From an uncultured Elusimicrobium sp. (GTDB lineage: Bacteria > Elusimicrobiota > Elusimicrobia > Elusimicrobiales > Elusimicrobiaceae): DNA of 64,000 bases. The notes beneath the pieces were generated by a model. That model searched no databases. It was not told the DNA's origin and saw nothing but the letters and a program-made list of their open reading frames with translations. The translations under genes were made by a program, and so were the position numbers. The stretch covers positions 4,856 to 68,855 of the forward strand of contig CAMZDW010000003.1 of assembly GCA_947305555.1 (NCBI GenBank). The letters are read 5' to 3'. The stretch's first letter is position 1; the number at the start of each line of letters is the position of its first letter. Positions 50,413 to 60,906 of this stretch are shown piece by piece.

Positions 50413-51429
50413 ATGTCTACAGAAAATATTACTGAAAAATTAGCTCCTATCAACAATATCTGCTTAATAATATTGGCTTTTACGGCAGCCACGTGGATTC
50501 TCATTTATACCAAAAGTATCTTAATGCCCTACGTGATTGCCCTGTTTATTTCCATGGTTGCCGCTACGGTGGCTGAAACGCTCCGGCGTAAGTGGAAAGT
50601 ACCGTATACGTTGGGACTGATTCTCAGTTTCATCGCTTTTTTGAGCGTTGTTACACTGGCAGTTTTATTTATTACCAATTCCATAGAAAGCTTTGTCCAA
50701 GGAGCCGATATTTATTCGGAGCGGCTTGATGATGCGGTAGACTGGTTTATTCTCCAAGCACAATCACACGGAATTAAACTTAATGCCCAATTCATCAACG
50801 ATACTATTGATAAACTACCTCTGTTTACTGTAGCAAAAAGCGTAGGCGGAACCGTAATGTCCATTTCTACAAATTTTATGCTCATTACGCTTTTTGTAAT
50901 TTTCATCGCTATGAGTAAAGCAACCGAAGAAACGCCCGCCATCGTCAGCAATATTCAAAAACAAATTTCGTTTTATCTGCTGATTAAAATTTCCGTTTCG
51001 TTTCTAGCTGCGTTCTGTACGTGGATTGTGCTATATGCGTTAAAAGCGGAACTCGCTACCATGCTGGCGATAGTGACGTTTGTACTCAACTTTATTCCCA
51101 ACATCGGGCCGCTGATTGCCTCTGCATTGCCATTGCCGATTTTATTTTTGCAATACGGTTTTGACTGGCATATTCTTTTGGCGGTTTTGTTGTTGGCAAC
51201 GATACACTTTATTATCGGGAACATTTTAGAAACAAAATGGCTTGGGGCAGGCATGGACTTAGACCCCATTATTGTACTGGCTTGTTTAATTTTTTGGTCG
51301 CTGGTGTGGGGCGTAATGGGAGCTTTGCTGGCCGTCCCGCTGACAGCCATTATCAAAATTGCCCTCTCGCGCAGTAAAACCACTAGGCCCTTTGCTGATT
51401 TACTGGCCGGGAAATATCCTTCCAAATGA
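50413..51429 (+). CDS. AI-2E family transporter
   Basis: P..IALF, LNFIPNIGP, GN.LE.K..G..M.L.P, W..VWG.MG.LLAVP. Confidence 0.9.
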   Translation: MSTENITEKLAPINNICLIILAFTAATWILIYTKSILMPYVIALFISMVAATVAETLRRKWKVPYTLGLILSFIAFLSVVTLAVLFITNSIESFVQGADIYSERLDDAVDWFILQAQSHGIKLNAQFINDTIDKLPLFTVAKSVGGTVMSISTNFMLITLFVIFIAMSKATEETPAIVSNIQKQISFYLLIKISVSFLAAFCTWIVLYALKAELATMLAIVTFVLNFIPNIGPLIASALPLPILFLQYGFDWHILLAVLLLATIHFIIGNILETKWLGAGMDLDPIIVLACLIFWSLVWGVMGALLAVPLTAIIKIALSRSKTTRPFADLLAGKYPSK

Positions 51430-52730
51430 AAAAAATTACACCTTGGGCTTTTATCCCCACTCTTTATTTAGCAGAAGGATTTCCCTACATTATCATTAAT
51501 GTAGTGTCGGTGCTTTTGTATGCCGATTTAGGTTTTGCAAATGATACCATCACCTATTGGACCGGATATTTGTATTTGCCTTGGATTTTGAAAATGTTCT
51601 GGAGCCCGGTGGTAGATGCCAATAGCACCAAACGCCGCTGGCTACTCATCGCTCAAACTGTGTTAGGAGTTTTGTTTATAGCCATTGCAGGAACTCTTCT
51701 GTTGCAAACATTTCAAACACTACAAAATACCGGCTCCATGACGATTTTCACCCTCACCCTATTTGGGTTTTTAATGGGAGCTTTTGCCTCCGCCACGCTG
51801 GATATTGCCACGGATGGTTATTACTTATTGGCTCTCTCCCCGGAGAAACAATCTTCTTTTGTAGGCGTTCGCACGATTTTTTACCGTTTGGCTATGATTT
51901 TGGGAAGCGGTATTTTAGTTTCTGCAGTAGGTACGCTAGCTAAACACGGGTTGGCTGTTCCATATAACTGGGCAATCTTCTTTGCCTCTTTAGGTTTGTT
52001 ATTTATCGGGTTTACACTCTTCCATTCGTTCATACTTCCTAAACCCAGCGAAGATAAACCCGTAGCACTTGCCCAACATACCGCCTGGAAAGAAGCCTTC
52101 AAAACCTATTTCACACAAAAAAATATTCTCTATATTTTGTTATTTATTTTGCTTTACCGATTCGGGGAGGCTTTATTAGAAAAAATTGTACCGCTTTTTC
52201 TATTAAAACCGGTTGCTGAAGGCGCCCTCGGTTTATCCATGCAAGATTACGGTTTTATTAAAGGGACTTTGGGATTAGGTGCTATCATTGCCGGCAACTT
52301 ATTAGGTGGATGGCTCCTTGGAAAATTTGGATTCAAAAAATGCATTTGGCCCTTTGCGTGTGCATTAGTTTTGCCAAACGTTTTCTATGTATATCTGGCA
52401 ATGGTCAAACCGACCTTAAGCATGGTTGCACTGCTAATTACCTTAGAAAATTTCGGCTACGGGCTTGCCATGATGGCGCTTACTGTATTTATTATGTACG
52501 TATCCCAAGGGGCTTATAAAACGTCCCATTACGCTATTTCCACCGGGATTATGGCGTTAGGGATGATGGTCCCCTCCATGTTGTCCGGAAAAATGCAAGT
52601 AGCGCTTGGATATCAAACTTTCTTCTGGGTAGCTTGCGCAATTAGTTTAGTTACTTTTTTCATCGTACCGCTGGCTTTTAAAATAGAAATTTTAGATGAA
52701 ACGGAGCGCAAGTTCCATGACAAGCAATAA
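51426..52730 (+). CDS. AmpG-like MFS muropeptide permease
   Basis: LY.AEG.PY, LPW.LK.FWSP.VD, SAT.DIA.DG.Y, YRFGE; next to murQ/anmK/nagZ. Confidence 0.85.
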   Translation: MKKITPWAFIPTLYLAEGFPYIIINVVSVLLYADLGFANDTITYWTGYLYLPWILKMFWSPVVDANSTKRRWLLIAQTVLGVLFIAIAGTLLLQTFQTLQNTGSMTIFTLTLFGFLMGAFASATLDIATDGYYLLALSPEKQSSFVGVRTIFYRLAMILGSGILVSAVGTLAKHGLAVPYNWAIFFASLGLLFIGFTLFHSFILPKPSEDKPVALAQHTAWKEAFKTYFTQKNILYILLFILLYRFGEALLEKIVPLFLLKPVAEGALGLSMQDYGFIKGTLGLGAIIAGNLLGGWLLGKFGFKKCIWPFACALVLPNVFYVYLAMVKPTLSMVALLITLENFGYGLAMMALTVFIMYVSQGAYKTSHYAISTGIMALGMMVPSMLSGKMQVALGYQTFFWVACAISLVTFFIVPLAFKIEILDETERKFHDKQ

Positions 52731-53619
52731 ACTGAAAAATGTAAAACTTCCCACGGAAGCGGTTAATCTAAATACTCAAAATTTAGATAAAATGACGCCG
52801 CGCCAAATTGCATTAGCAATTAACCGTGAAGATTTTACTGCTGCCAGAGCCGTTAAAAAAGCCGCGCCGCAAATCGCGGTAGCTATGGTGACAGCCGCGC
52901 TGACCTACGCACAAAACCATAAAATTATTTTCATTGGGGCCGGGACCAGTGGACGATTGGGAATTTTGGAAGCGGTGGAATGCGTCCCTACCTTTGGCAC
53001 AAAACCTTCTCAAATTATAGGATTAATTGCCGGTGGGAGAAGCGCGGTCTTTCGTTCTAAAGAAGGCGCTGAAGATGATGATAAACAAGGCGCAAAGGAA
53101 ATTTCAAAAGTCGCTCGGAAAGGGGATTTTGTTATCGGACTTACCGCCAGCGGACGCACCCCCTACGTCATGGGTGCGCTCAAAGCCGCCACAAAACTTG
53201 GAATAACAACTGCACTTGTTTCCTGTAATCCTCAAGCCGACACTACATTTGCGCCGATTCACATTTGTTTAGAAACAGGCGCCGAAGCCTTAAGCGGTTC
53301 CACACGCATGAAAGCCGGAACTGCTACCAAAATGGCTCTAAATGCCATCACCACCGGGGCCATGACGCTTTGCGGAAAAACTTATAAAAATTTGATGATT
53401 GATGTGCGCCCGACCAATGAAAAATTAGTCCAGCGCGCTATACGGTTAATTTGCACCGTTGCCAAAACGAACGAAAAAACAGCTCGTAAATTATTAATAA
53501 ATTCTAAGAAAAATGTAAAAACAGCCGTCGTGATGCACCGTCAAAAAACAGATCGCAAAACGGCTGAAAAATTACTTAAACAAAAACACGGTTTTTTATC
53601 CCGGGTGATTGATGACTAA
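52717..53619 (+). CDS. murQ: N-acetylmuramic acid 6-phosphate etherase
   Basis: TE..N, GAGTSGRLG, EC.PTFG, EGAED, GSTRMKAGTA.K, NEKL. Confidence 0.95.
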   Translation: MTSNKLKNVKLPTEAVNLNTQNLDKMTPRQIALAINREDFTAARAVKKAAPQIAVAMVTAALTYAQNHKIIFIGAGTSGRLGILEAVECVPTFGTKPSQIIGLIAGGRSAVFRSKEGAEDDDKQGAKEISKVARKGDFVIGLTASGRTPYVMGALKAATKLGITTALVSCNPQADTTFAPIHICLETGAEALSGSTRMKAGTATKMALNAITTGAMTLCGKTYKNLMIDVRPTNEKLVQRAIRLICTVAKTNEKTARKLLINSKKNVKTAVVMHRQKTDRKTAEKLLKQKHGFLSRVIDD

Positions 53620-54697
53620 ACTGGCTTTAGGACTCATGAGTGGCACCAGCGCAGACGGCCTCACCATCTGCGCCGTTCGTCCTGCACCGTTCAAAGTTAT
53701 TTATTTTAAAAACTACCCATATCCGGAAGCGTTACAACAACAATTATTACATGCTTTTGAATTAAAAGCGCCCCAATTAAGTGCCCTACATTACAAACTG
53801 GGAAAACTGTACGCACAGCTGGTACACCGTTTCTTAAAAGACTTTCGTCTCCCCCCCGCTAGTGTAGTAGTCATTGGTTCCCATGGGCAGACCATTTACC
53901 ACGGGCCGCATGACATAACACCTAACACACTCCAAATCGGAGAACCGTCTTTCCTAGCGGTGCAATTTGGAATCCCCGTAGTAAGCGATTTTAGGGCAAA
54001 AGATGTTGCCCTGGGTGGGGAAGGTGCGCCCTTAATGCCCTTTTTTGATGAATTTATCTTCGGTAAAAAGTCACCCAAAATTTTACTTAATGTGGGAGGT
54101 ATTTCCAATTTTTCGCTGGTAGGGAAAAATATCAAAACGTATGGTTTTGATGTGGGGCCGGGGAATACGCTCATGGACTTGTGCTGTCAGCAACTCTTTA
54201 GCCGGTCTTTTGATAAAAACGGTGCACTGGCCGCTCGCGGTTGTGCCGATAAAAGTTTAGTGAAGAAACTCCTCTCTCAAAAATATTTTTTGCAAAAACC
54301 ACCTAAAAGTTTGGACAAAAATGCATTCGGAGCTGCGTATTTAAAACGATATTTCCCAACGGAAAAATTTGCAAATCCATACGATTTATTAGCTACGCTT
54401 AATTATTTCACCGCGGCTGCTATTGCCGATCAAATTACACGTTTTATTTCCTCCAAGCACCAACAAGAATTAATTGTTTCCGGTGGAGGTTGTTATAACA
54501 AGACACTTCTTAAAAATTTACAGCTTTGTTTACCTAAGCTGCGTGTGTGTTCTACACTAGATTATGGACTCGATCCGCAGGCAAAAGAAGCAGCCGCTTT
54601 TGCACTCTTTGCTTGGTTAGCCCTACACAAACGAATTAACCATTGTGCCCGAGCGACTGGAGCAAAACAGGCTGTGATATTGGGGAAAATTACTTAA
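53612..54697 (+). CDS. anmK: Anhydro-N-acetylmuramic acid kinase
   Basis: GLMSGTSADG, GSHGQT, DFR..D.A.GGEGAPL, GPGN, KEA. Confidence 0.95.
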   Translation: MTKLALGLMSGTSADGLTICAVRPAPFKVIYFKNYPYPEALQQQLLHAFELKAPQLSALHYKLGKLYAQLVHRFLKDFRLPPASVVVIGSHGQTIYHGPHDITPNTLQIGEPSFLAVQFGIPVVSDFRAKDVALGGEGAPLMPFFDEFIFGKKSPKILLNVGGISNFSLVGKNIKTYGFDVGPGNTLMDLCCQQLFSRSFDKNGALAARGCADKSLVKKLLSQKYFLQKPPKSLDKNAFGAAYLKRYFPTEKFANPYDLLATLNYFTAAAIADQITRFISSKHQQELIVSGGGCYNKTLLKNLQLCLPKLRVCSTLDYGLDPQAKEAAAFALFAWLALHKRINHCARATGAKQAVILGKIT

Positions 54698-56115
54698 TGA
54701 AAACAGCACGTCTTGTACATCCTGGTTTTTGGTTCGGTAAAACTCCGCTAGAAGAAGCCCTAGTGCTTGCCCGACACGGGGTGGGCGGTTTTTGTTTGTA
54801 CGGCGGTACACGTGCTCAAATTACCGATTTTGTAAATACAGTACGAAACGCCTCCCCGCTGCCTTATTTATTAATTTCAGCCGATTATGAAGACGGACTG
54901 GGCCGCTGGGTACCGGATGCTCCTTTGCTGGCTTCTAATATGTCCCTAGGGGCCGCCAACGACCCGCAACTTGCCTTTGAAAAGGGATTTCTTACGGCAC
55001 AGCAAGCGCGAAGTTTAGGTGTAGATTGGATATTTGCGCCCGTGGTAGATTTAGCCAATAATCCGCTAAACCCTATTGTAAACACGCGCTCGTTTGGCAA
55101 AGATCCTTCGCTCGTCATCCGCTTAGCTCAGGCCTTTTTAGAAGGGATTCGAAAAGGCGGTGCGTTAAGTTCCCTTAAGCATTTCCCAGGACATGGGGAT
55201 ACTTCCACCGATTCCCATTTAGCCTTGCCGGTGTTACACAAGGACAAAGCGCAACTCGCCCGGCAAGATTTAGCCCCGTTTCAAGCGTTGTTAAACAAAG
55301 CAGATAGCGTAATGGCAGGCCATTTATTCTTGCCGGAAATAGACGGAGAAAATCCAGCTTCATTATCAAAAAAATTATTACAAGAATTTTTACGCAACGA
55401 CTTGGGGTATGAAGGCTGTGTGCTAACAGATGCCCTATTGATGAAAGCTATCGGGGATGAAAAACAAGCAGCGTTGAAGGCATTACAAGCCGGAGTGGAT
55501 ATTTTGCTCGTGCCGGAAAAGCCGCTGGAACTGCTTGATTTTTTGGAAAAAAATCCCATAAATCCGGCCTTTTTGGCCCATAGTGAACAGGTGCAAAATA
55601 AACTGTGTGACCAAGCCCGGCAAATGCCGCGCCCTTCCTCGCAAACAGCCTTTATTCCGCATCCGCTAAACCAACAAGTCGCTCAAAAGGGGATTGTGCA
55701 ACAAGGCAACTTGCCTCGTTTACAACCCGGTCAATCGGTGGCCTTTTTGGAAATTGGCAACACGGCCGGGACCTCTTCCCAACCGTTTTTGCAAGTTTTG
55801 AAAGACCATCATCTTAAGGTAAAAAAATATCCTGAACCCGCAGAACTGTTAGTGATTTTATGTTTCCGGCGCTATCAGGCTTTCCAAGGGAAAGTAACCT
55901 TAGAATTGGAAGAACAAACGAAACTCAAAGAGGCTGCCTCCGGCTATACACAAACGGTTTGCGTTTTATTATCCAGTCCTTGGGCATTGAACGGTGTTAT
56001 CAAAGCACCGGCATCTCTCTACACGTTTTGCCCCGCCCCCGAATTTCAACAACAAGCAGCCGCTGTTTTACTGGGACAGCAAAAAGCATGCGACACGCTC
56101 CCCGTTGATTTGTGA
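54697..56115 (+). CDS. nagZ: GH3 beta-N-acetylglucosaminidase (NagZ-like)
   Basis: ADYEDG, APVVD, RSFG, KHFPGHG...DSH, TDAL.M. Confidence 0.85.
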   Translation: MKTARLVHPGFWFGKTPLEEALVLARHGVGGFCLYGGTRAQITDFVNTVRNASPLPYLLISADYEDGLGRWVPDAPLLASNMSLGAANDPQLAFEKGFLTAQQARSLGVDWIFAPVVDLANNPLNPIVNTRSFGKDPSLVIRLAQAFLEGIRKGGALSSLKHFPGHGDTSTDSHLALPVLHKDKAQLARQDLAPFQALLNKADSVMAGHLFLPEIDGENPASLSKKLLQEFLRNDLGYEGCVLTDALLMKAIGDEKQAALKALQAGVDILLVPEKPLELLDFLEKNPINPAFLAHSEQVQNKLCDQARQMPRPSSQTAFIPHPLNQQVAQKGIVQQGNLPRLQPGQSVAFLEIGNTAGTSSQPFLQVLKDHHLKVKKYPEPAELLVILCFRRYQAFQGKVTLELEEQTKLKEAASGYTQTVCVLLSSPWALNGVIKAPASLYTFCPAPEFQQQAAAVLLGQQKACDTLPVDL

Positions 56116-57951
56116 TTACCACCGGGCTGAAATCGTTTTTTGCAGTGGGCTTACCAGGATTTGCTTTCCATCCAACTGAACAAAACGACTTTGTTGACCG
56201 ACACAAAGTGATTTGGAGTCTACTTCCAAGCAATACGAAATCCCTTCTTGTTTTTGGCCACTATACCCTTTGCTTTCCCACAAATGTCCATCTTTAGCTT
56301 GGTGCAATTCCCACACAGCGCGCACCCGGGCTTTTCCTACGGACACTTCATCTCCCGGCCATAAATCGTCAAAAGGCACGTATACGCCCTGTTCCTTATT
56401 TGTTTGCGGAAGTAACGAAAAATGGGCCACCGGTTTATCAACTCCCAATGCAGCCAGCACACGTGTTAACTTTTCGGAAGAAAATCCGCTGGTAAACGCA
56501 AACATATTTCGGTGCGTTCTGACTAAAACAGCCCGGTGTTCCCATTCGCTGAGTAAATACACCCGGTTTTGGGAAGTGTACAGGTACCCGATTGCAAAAG
56601 ACAACAAGGCCACGCCGATACAAGGTCCCGCTATTTTACGAGCAAAGTTTCGCTGCGGTAAGTGAAAGAGCAAAAAGAGCAAACTGTAGTAAGCCGCGAT
56701 ACTTCCCTTGTTCCAGGCAGTAACCGGAATAGAAGAAAAATGAAAAGAAGCAAAAAATTCCACTAAAAATTTAAATAAATCTAATCCCCACAAACACGGA
56801 TAATAAAAAATAATTCCCAAGTGAATTAGACTAGCCAAATAATAAATAAAACTAATAACCATTAGTGAAGACGCCAAAGGCACCAGCAGCATATTTGAGA
56901 TAAGCCCCGTCAAGGAAACCTTATAAAATACGTTTGTAAAAACGGGCAAAAGTACCAGTTGTGAAGCAAGCGTCGCTAAGAAAATTTGGGCAAAGAATTG
57001 TCCCCACTTTGGCCAACGTTGCGGCGGTTTATAATTGGTCAAACAAATTACAATCGCCAAAGTTGCCAAAAAAGACATTTGAAATCCCGTCTCAAAAACA
57101 GCGGCCGGATGGAAACAAAGAATCCCCAAACAAGAAAGCAATAACCCTTGAAACACACCGCTATTACGTCCTAAAAAGTAACCCACACAGGCACCCGTTG
57201 CCATAAGATATGCCCGGACCAAGGGAGCATCGGCCCCCGCCAGAAGGGTATAGAAACCGGCTGTAATGAGTGTTAAAATTAAAAGGGGCCGACGGCGTAG
57301 CCCTATCAGTGAACCTACTAATAAAGTAATTAACGTTACAAACCCCACGTTTCCACCGGAAGCCACCAGCAAATGAATGGCGCCGCTATCTTGAAAGGCG
57401 GTGTGTAAATTACTATCAATCTCGCCGGACTCGCCTAATAAAATACCGCCCGCAATTCCGGCCAAATCCGACGAAAAAGATTTTTCAAATACGTGTAGGA
57501 TTGAAGTTCGCAGGGCACGCACCGAACGCCACAGAAAATTAGCCGAGCGCACCGGCACAAAAGTTTCGCTTTTGATTTCCGCGAAGATAGATTTTAGCGC
57601 TAAATAACGTTGCCAATTAAAATGCCCCGGTAAATCTACGCTGTAAGGTGCGCGCAACACACCGCTAAAAGAAACCACTTCTTTAAAAGCGGGCGCTTGG
57701 CCTTTAAACCGGGTATACACGTGCCCGGAGAACGGAGCTCCGTTCACTGTAAAAACGCGGATAATAACATTTTGGGAATCTTTTTTGGTAACAGCAAAAC
57801 TTTCCACGCGGCCGACAAGCGCCACTTCTCCCGTGGAAATTGCGTGAAAAACATCCTGCTTACCGGGAGTGGGTTTATAGAAAAAACAAAGCCCCAAGAT
57901 AAGAATAAGTAATGTGATTAACAAGGGGCGTTTGTAAGTATCGGGGTGCAT
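56116..57951 (-). CDS. comEC: ComEC/Rec2 competence membrane protein with a truncated C-terminal domain
   Basis: G..HLLVASG.NV, RA..M, GFQMSF.A, N.LLVP. Confidence 0.88.
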   Translation of the reverse strand: MHPDTYKRPLLITLLILILGLCFFYKPTPGKQDVFHAISTGEVALVGRVESFAVTKKDSQNVIIRVFTVNGAPFSGHVYTRFKGQAPAFKEVVSFSGVLRAPYSVDLPGHFNWQRYLALKSIFAEIKSETFVPVRSANFLWRSVRALRTSILHVFEKSFSSDLAGIAGGILLGESGEIDSNLHTAFQDSGAIHLLVASGGNVGFVTLITLLVGSLIGLRRRPLLILTLITAGFYTLLAGADAPLVRAYLMATGACVGYFLGRNSGVFQGLLLSCLGILCFHPAAVFETGFQMSFLATLAIVICLTNYKPPQRWPKWGQFFAQIFLATLASQLVLLPVFTNVFYKVSLTGLISNMLLVPLASSLMVISFIYYLASLIHLGIIFYYPCLWGLDLFKFLVEFFASFHFSSIPVTAWNKGSIAAYYSLLFLLFHLPQRNFARKIAGPCIGVALLSFAIGYLYTSQNRVYLLSEWEHRAVLVRTHRNMFAFTSGFSSEKLTRVLAALGVDKPVAHFSLLPQTNKEQGVYVPFDDLWPGDEVSVGKARVRAVWELHQAKDGHLWESKGYSGQKQEGISYCLEVDSKSLCVGQQSRFVQLDGKQILVSPLQKTISARW

Positions 57952-58075
57952 AGTTTATACCGATTGGATGATGCGCGCGGTAAAGTTTACGGAATCGTAA
58001 ATGTTAAATTTTCAGGCACGTCCCACACATTGGGATAGTGCGAGCGCAAGCTAAACGTTTGTCCACCGGTTTTTC

Positions 58076-58669
58076 TCATAACTTTGTTCTCCCTTTGAGT
58101 GAATAGCCTAGCGTCAGCTCGTCCATATAATCAATATCGCCACCCAGCGGCACCCCGTAACCAATCCGCGTTACCTGCCCCACAAGGCCGCGCAGTAAAT
58201 CGGCCAGATAAAGAGCAGTGGTTTCGCCCTCGCTATCCGGGTCGGTCGCGATAATCACTTCGCGCACCGGGTCCGTTGAATTTTGTACGCGTGCTAATAA
58301 CTCGCGCACTTTTACTTGCTCAGCCCCGCGGCCCTCCAACGGCGAAATCGCACCATGTAAAACATGATAAAGCCCCTTATAGGCCCCCGTTTTTTCCAGT
58401 GCCTCAATATCTTGCGGATCTTCCACCACGCAGATAAGACCATGGTCCCGGTCTTTATCGGCACAGATGGGACAAAGCCCACTTTCGCTGTATGAAAAAC
58501 AAACGGGGCATAATTTAACATCTTGCTTAACCGCTAAAAGAGCATTCACAAACTCTTCTGCTTCTCCCTGCGAGGCACGTAAAAAATACGCAGCAAAACG
58601 CTCCGCCTGGCGCGGACCTACGCCGGGGAGCCGTTTAAAAGCACGAATTAAGCGGTCTAAACTTTTCAT
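58076..58669 (-). CDS. recR: Recombination mediator RecR
   Basis: LPGVG.R.AER, C..C...C.IC zinc finger, YHVLHG, EGETTA, G.P.GG. Confidence 0.95.
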   Translation of the reverse strand: MKSLDRLIRAFKRLPGVGPRQAERFAAYFLRASQGEAEEFVNALLAVKQDVKLCPVCFSYSESGLCPICADKDRDHGLICVVEDPQDIEALEKTGAYKGLYHVLHGAISPLEGRGAEQVKVRELLARVQNSTDPVREVIIATDPDSEGETTALYLADLLRGLVGQVTRIGYGVPLGGDIDYMDELTLGYSLKGRTKL

Positions 58670-58672
58670 AAA

Positions 58673-60454
58673 TTACGCAAGCAATTCTCCGGGAATTACT
58701 TCCAACACATCCTGCACTTCTTCCGGCGTATTTTGCAAAGAACCCGGCGTTGCCACCACGTCTTTTTCGAACGAAGCATTGACGAAAGGCTCCTCGGAAG
58801 AAATAACTGTTTGCTTGGCCGGTTTAGCATTTTTGATTGCCTTGGATTTGGAAACCTCCGGCTTGCTAGCCGTTTGCGATGACGAGCCTAATTTAATACG
58901 AATGGTGCGACCGCTGATTTCCTTGGCAGATTTTTCTAAATCGGCTAATTTATTTTGAGCAGGAATTTGATAAAACTCTTTCCCCGGCGCAAATAACAAC
59001 GTCCATTCGTCTTCTTCAAAACGCACGGAACAATTTGTCATCACATCATACACAAATGGGCTCTTTTCAAAATACTTCAGCATTTTATCCCATACCTGCC
59101 GGTTGGAAATAGAGGCCGCAAGCGCGGGAGCTACTTTCGTCAATTCTTCCTCTTCTGTTGAAAAATTAGAAACCGCAGCGGGTTTAGCAACGGTCTGTGT
59201 AGTACTCGAGGGGGCCGTCTTCCGCACGGAAGAAGTTTTGGAGGGCTCGGGCAGGGACGTCCTTGTAACAGAGGGATGAGACGGGCCGGAAGGGCCTTGC
59301 TCTTGAGAGGGAATTCCTTTTTCCAACGCTTCTAACCGCCGCACGAACGCATCAATGTCCAGGCAACTTTCCATCACGGTAAACAAACCTACTTCCGCAC
59401 TGACTAAAACATTATCTGCAAACTTTACTTCCTCAATTAATTTATTAATTTTGCGCGAAAGTTGTGCTAAAAATCCGGCACTGACACCCGCGATACTTTG
59501 CTTTGCCCCATCAAAGGGCTCGCTCGCTTGCCCTAAGGATAAATAAAATAAATCCCCTAGTGTGTTTTTTAAATCTTTCAAGAACGAATTAGCATCAAAT
59601 CCTTCTGTTTGTAACGTTTCAAACACGTGATGCAAACCATTTTGGTCTTTTTGCACCAAGGCTTCCACCGCTTGTTTGATGAGTTCATCCGGCGTAAGCC
59701 CCAACATTTCTCCCACCAGTTTTTCATCAATGCGGCTACCACAGAAAGCCATCGCACGGTCCAGCAGTGTGAGTGCATCACGCATGGCGCCGCCGGCATT
59801 TTTAGCAATTACTTTAGCCGCGGCCGGCGTTAAATCTATATTCTCCGCCCCGGACAAGTCCAGCAAATGCTCCGTAATTTCATCCACTGTTAGCGGCCGG
59901 AAACGGAATGTTTGACAACGACTGACAATCGTGGCCGGAACTTTATGTTTTTCGGTAGTAGCTAAAATAAAAACAACGTGTGCCGGCGGTTCTTCAATCG
60001 TTTTTAAGAGTGCATTGAAGGAGCTGGTGGAAAGCATGTGCACTTCATCTAAAATAAATACTTTAAAGCGATCACGCGTAGAAGCTAACGCGACTGTATC
60101 TAAAATAGCTTCGCGCACTTTTTCTACTTGTGTATTGCTGGCGGCATCCAACTCCAGTACGTCTAAATCGGCACTTTGGGAAATTTCCGTACATTGAGCA
60201 CACTTGCCACAAGGCGAAGAGGTCGGCTTTGTATTCCCGTTTCCGGTACAATTTAGTGCCTTGGCCAAGATACGTGCCGTCGTCGTTTTACCACAACCGC
60301 GCGGTCCATAAAATAAATAAGCATGGGCAATTCGGCCCGATTTTAGTGCATTTTGAAGCGTCTTTGAAATGCTCTCTTGCCCCACCATATCTTCAAAAGT
60401 TTGTGGGCGGTATTTATTCGCTAAACTGGTATACGTAGTAGATGATTCTTGCAT
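58673..60454 (-). CDS. dnaX: DNA polymerase III gamma/tau
   Basis: KYRPQTF, GPRGCGKTT, DAASN, DEVHML, EEPP, SRC. Confidence 0.95.
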   Translation of the reverse strand: MQESSTTYTSLANKYRPQTFEDMVGQESISKTLQNALKSGRIAHAYLFYGPRGCGKTTTARILAKALNCTGNGNTKPTSSPCGKCAQCTEISQSADLDVLELDAASNTQVEKVREAILDTVALASTRDRFKVFILDEVHMLSTSSFNALLKTIEEPPAHVVFILATTEKHKVPATIVSRCQTFRFRPLTVDEITEHLLDLSGAENIDLTPAAAKVIAKNAGGAMRDALTLLDRAMAFCGSRIDEKLVGEMLGLTPDELIKQAVEALVQKDQNGLHHVFETLQTEGFDANSFLKDLKNTLGDLFYLSLGQASEPFDGAKQSIAGVSAGFLAQLSRKINKLIEEVKFADNVLVSAEVGLFTVMESCLDIDAFVRRLEALEKGIPSQEQGPSGPSHPSVTRTSLPEPSKTSSVRKTAPSSTTQTVAKPAAVSNFSTEEEELTKVAPALAASISNRQVWDKMLKYFEKSPFVYDVMTNCSVRFEEDEWTLLFAPGKEFYQIPAQNKLADLEKSAKEISGRTIRIKLGSSSQTASKPEVSKSKAIKNAKPAKQTVISSEEPFVNASFEKDVVATPGSLQNTPEEVQDVLEVIPGELLA

Positions 60455-60457
60455 AAA

Positions 60458-60898
60458 CTATCCCCGAAATGTTTTTTTAGCCCGACGTAGTGCATGATTA
60501 TAATCTAAACTAATTTTTCCCGGGCCCAACAGTGTCGCCGGCAATAATGCGGCCAGCAAAAGTAAGAGTAATGCTACATAGATTTTATTAAAATTCCCTG
60601 CAAAAAACAGCACCCCCGCGGCAGCCGTCACAAGAACACTAAGCCCGGCCGCCAACCGAGTAAACCAACCCAAAATAAGCAGTAATCCCAAAAATAATAG
60701 GCTGACCGATAAGCCAATTGCTAAAGCAACCGGCATTGGCCATCCTAAAGCGGCAGCGTTATATAAAAATTCACGATAATACAGCAAGCTCCCTGTGGCA
60801 ATATATAACAACACAATCCCGGCTATAAAACGAGTTAAAAAAATTGCCCAAGAAAACATATCTTCATCTATTTGGCAATGAAAATTTAATGAATTCAT
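60458..60898 (-). CDS. DoxX family membrane protein
   Basis: R...G pattern, G.FTR.AA, GPG..SLD. Confidence 0.75.
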   Translation of the reverse strand: MNSLNFHCQIDEDMFSWAIFLTRFIAGIVLLYIATGSLLYYREFLYNAAALGWPMPVALAIGLSVSLLFLGLLLILGWFTRLAAGLSVLVTAAAGVLFFAGNFNKIYVALLLLLLAALLPATLLGPGKISLDYNHALRRAKKTFRG

Positions 60899-60906
60899 AT
60901 TTCATC

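Noticed and set aside
57975-58020. c-di-GMP-I riboswitch resemblance (GGTAAA-stem-GAAT-stem) on the plus strand
   Set aside because: It lacks the GCAAA and P1 elements, and no gene lies downstream on that strand.
58673-60454. dnaX -1 frameshift or slippage site
   Set aside because: I did not find an A-AAA-AAG heptamer with a downstream hairpin, or an A9 run, in the expected region.
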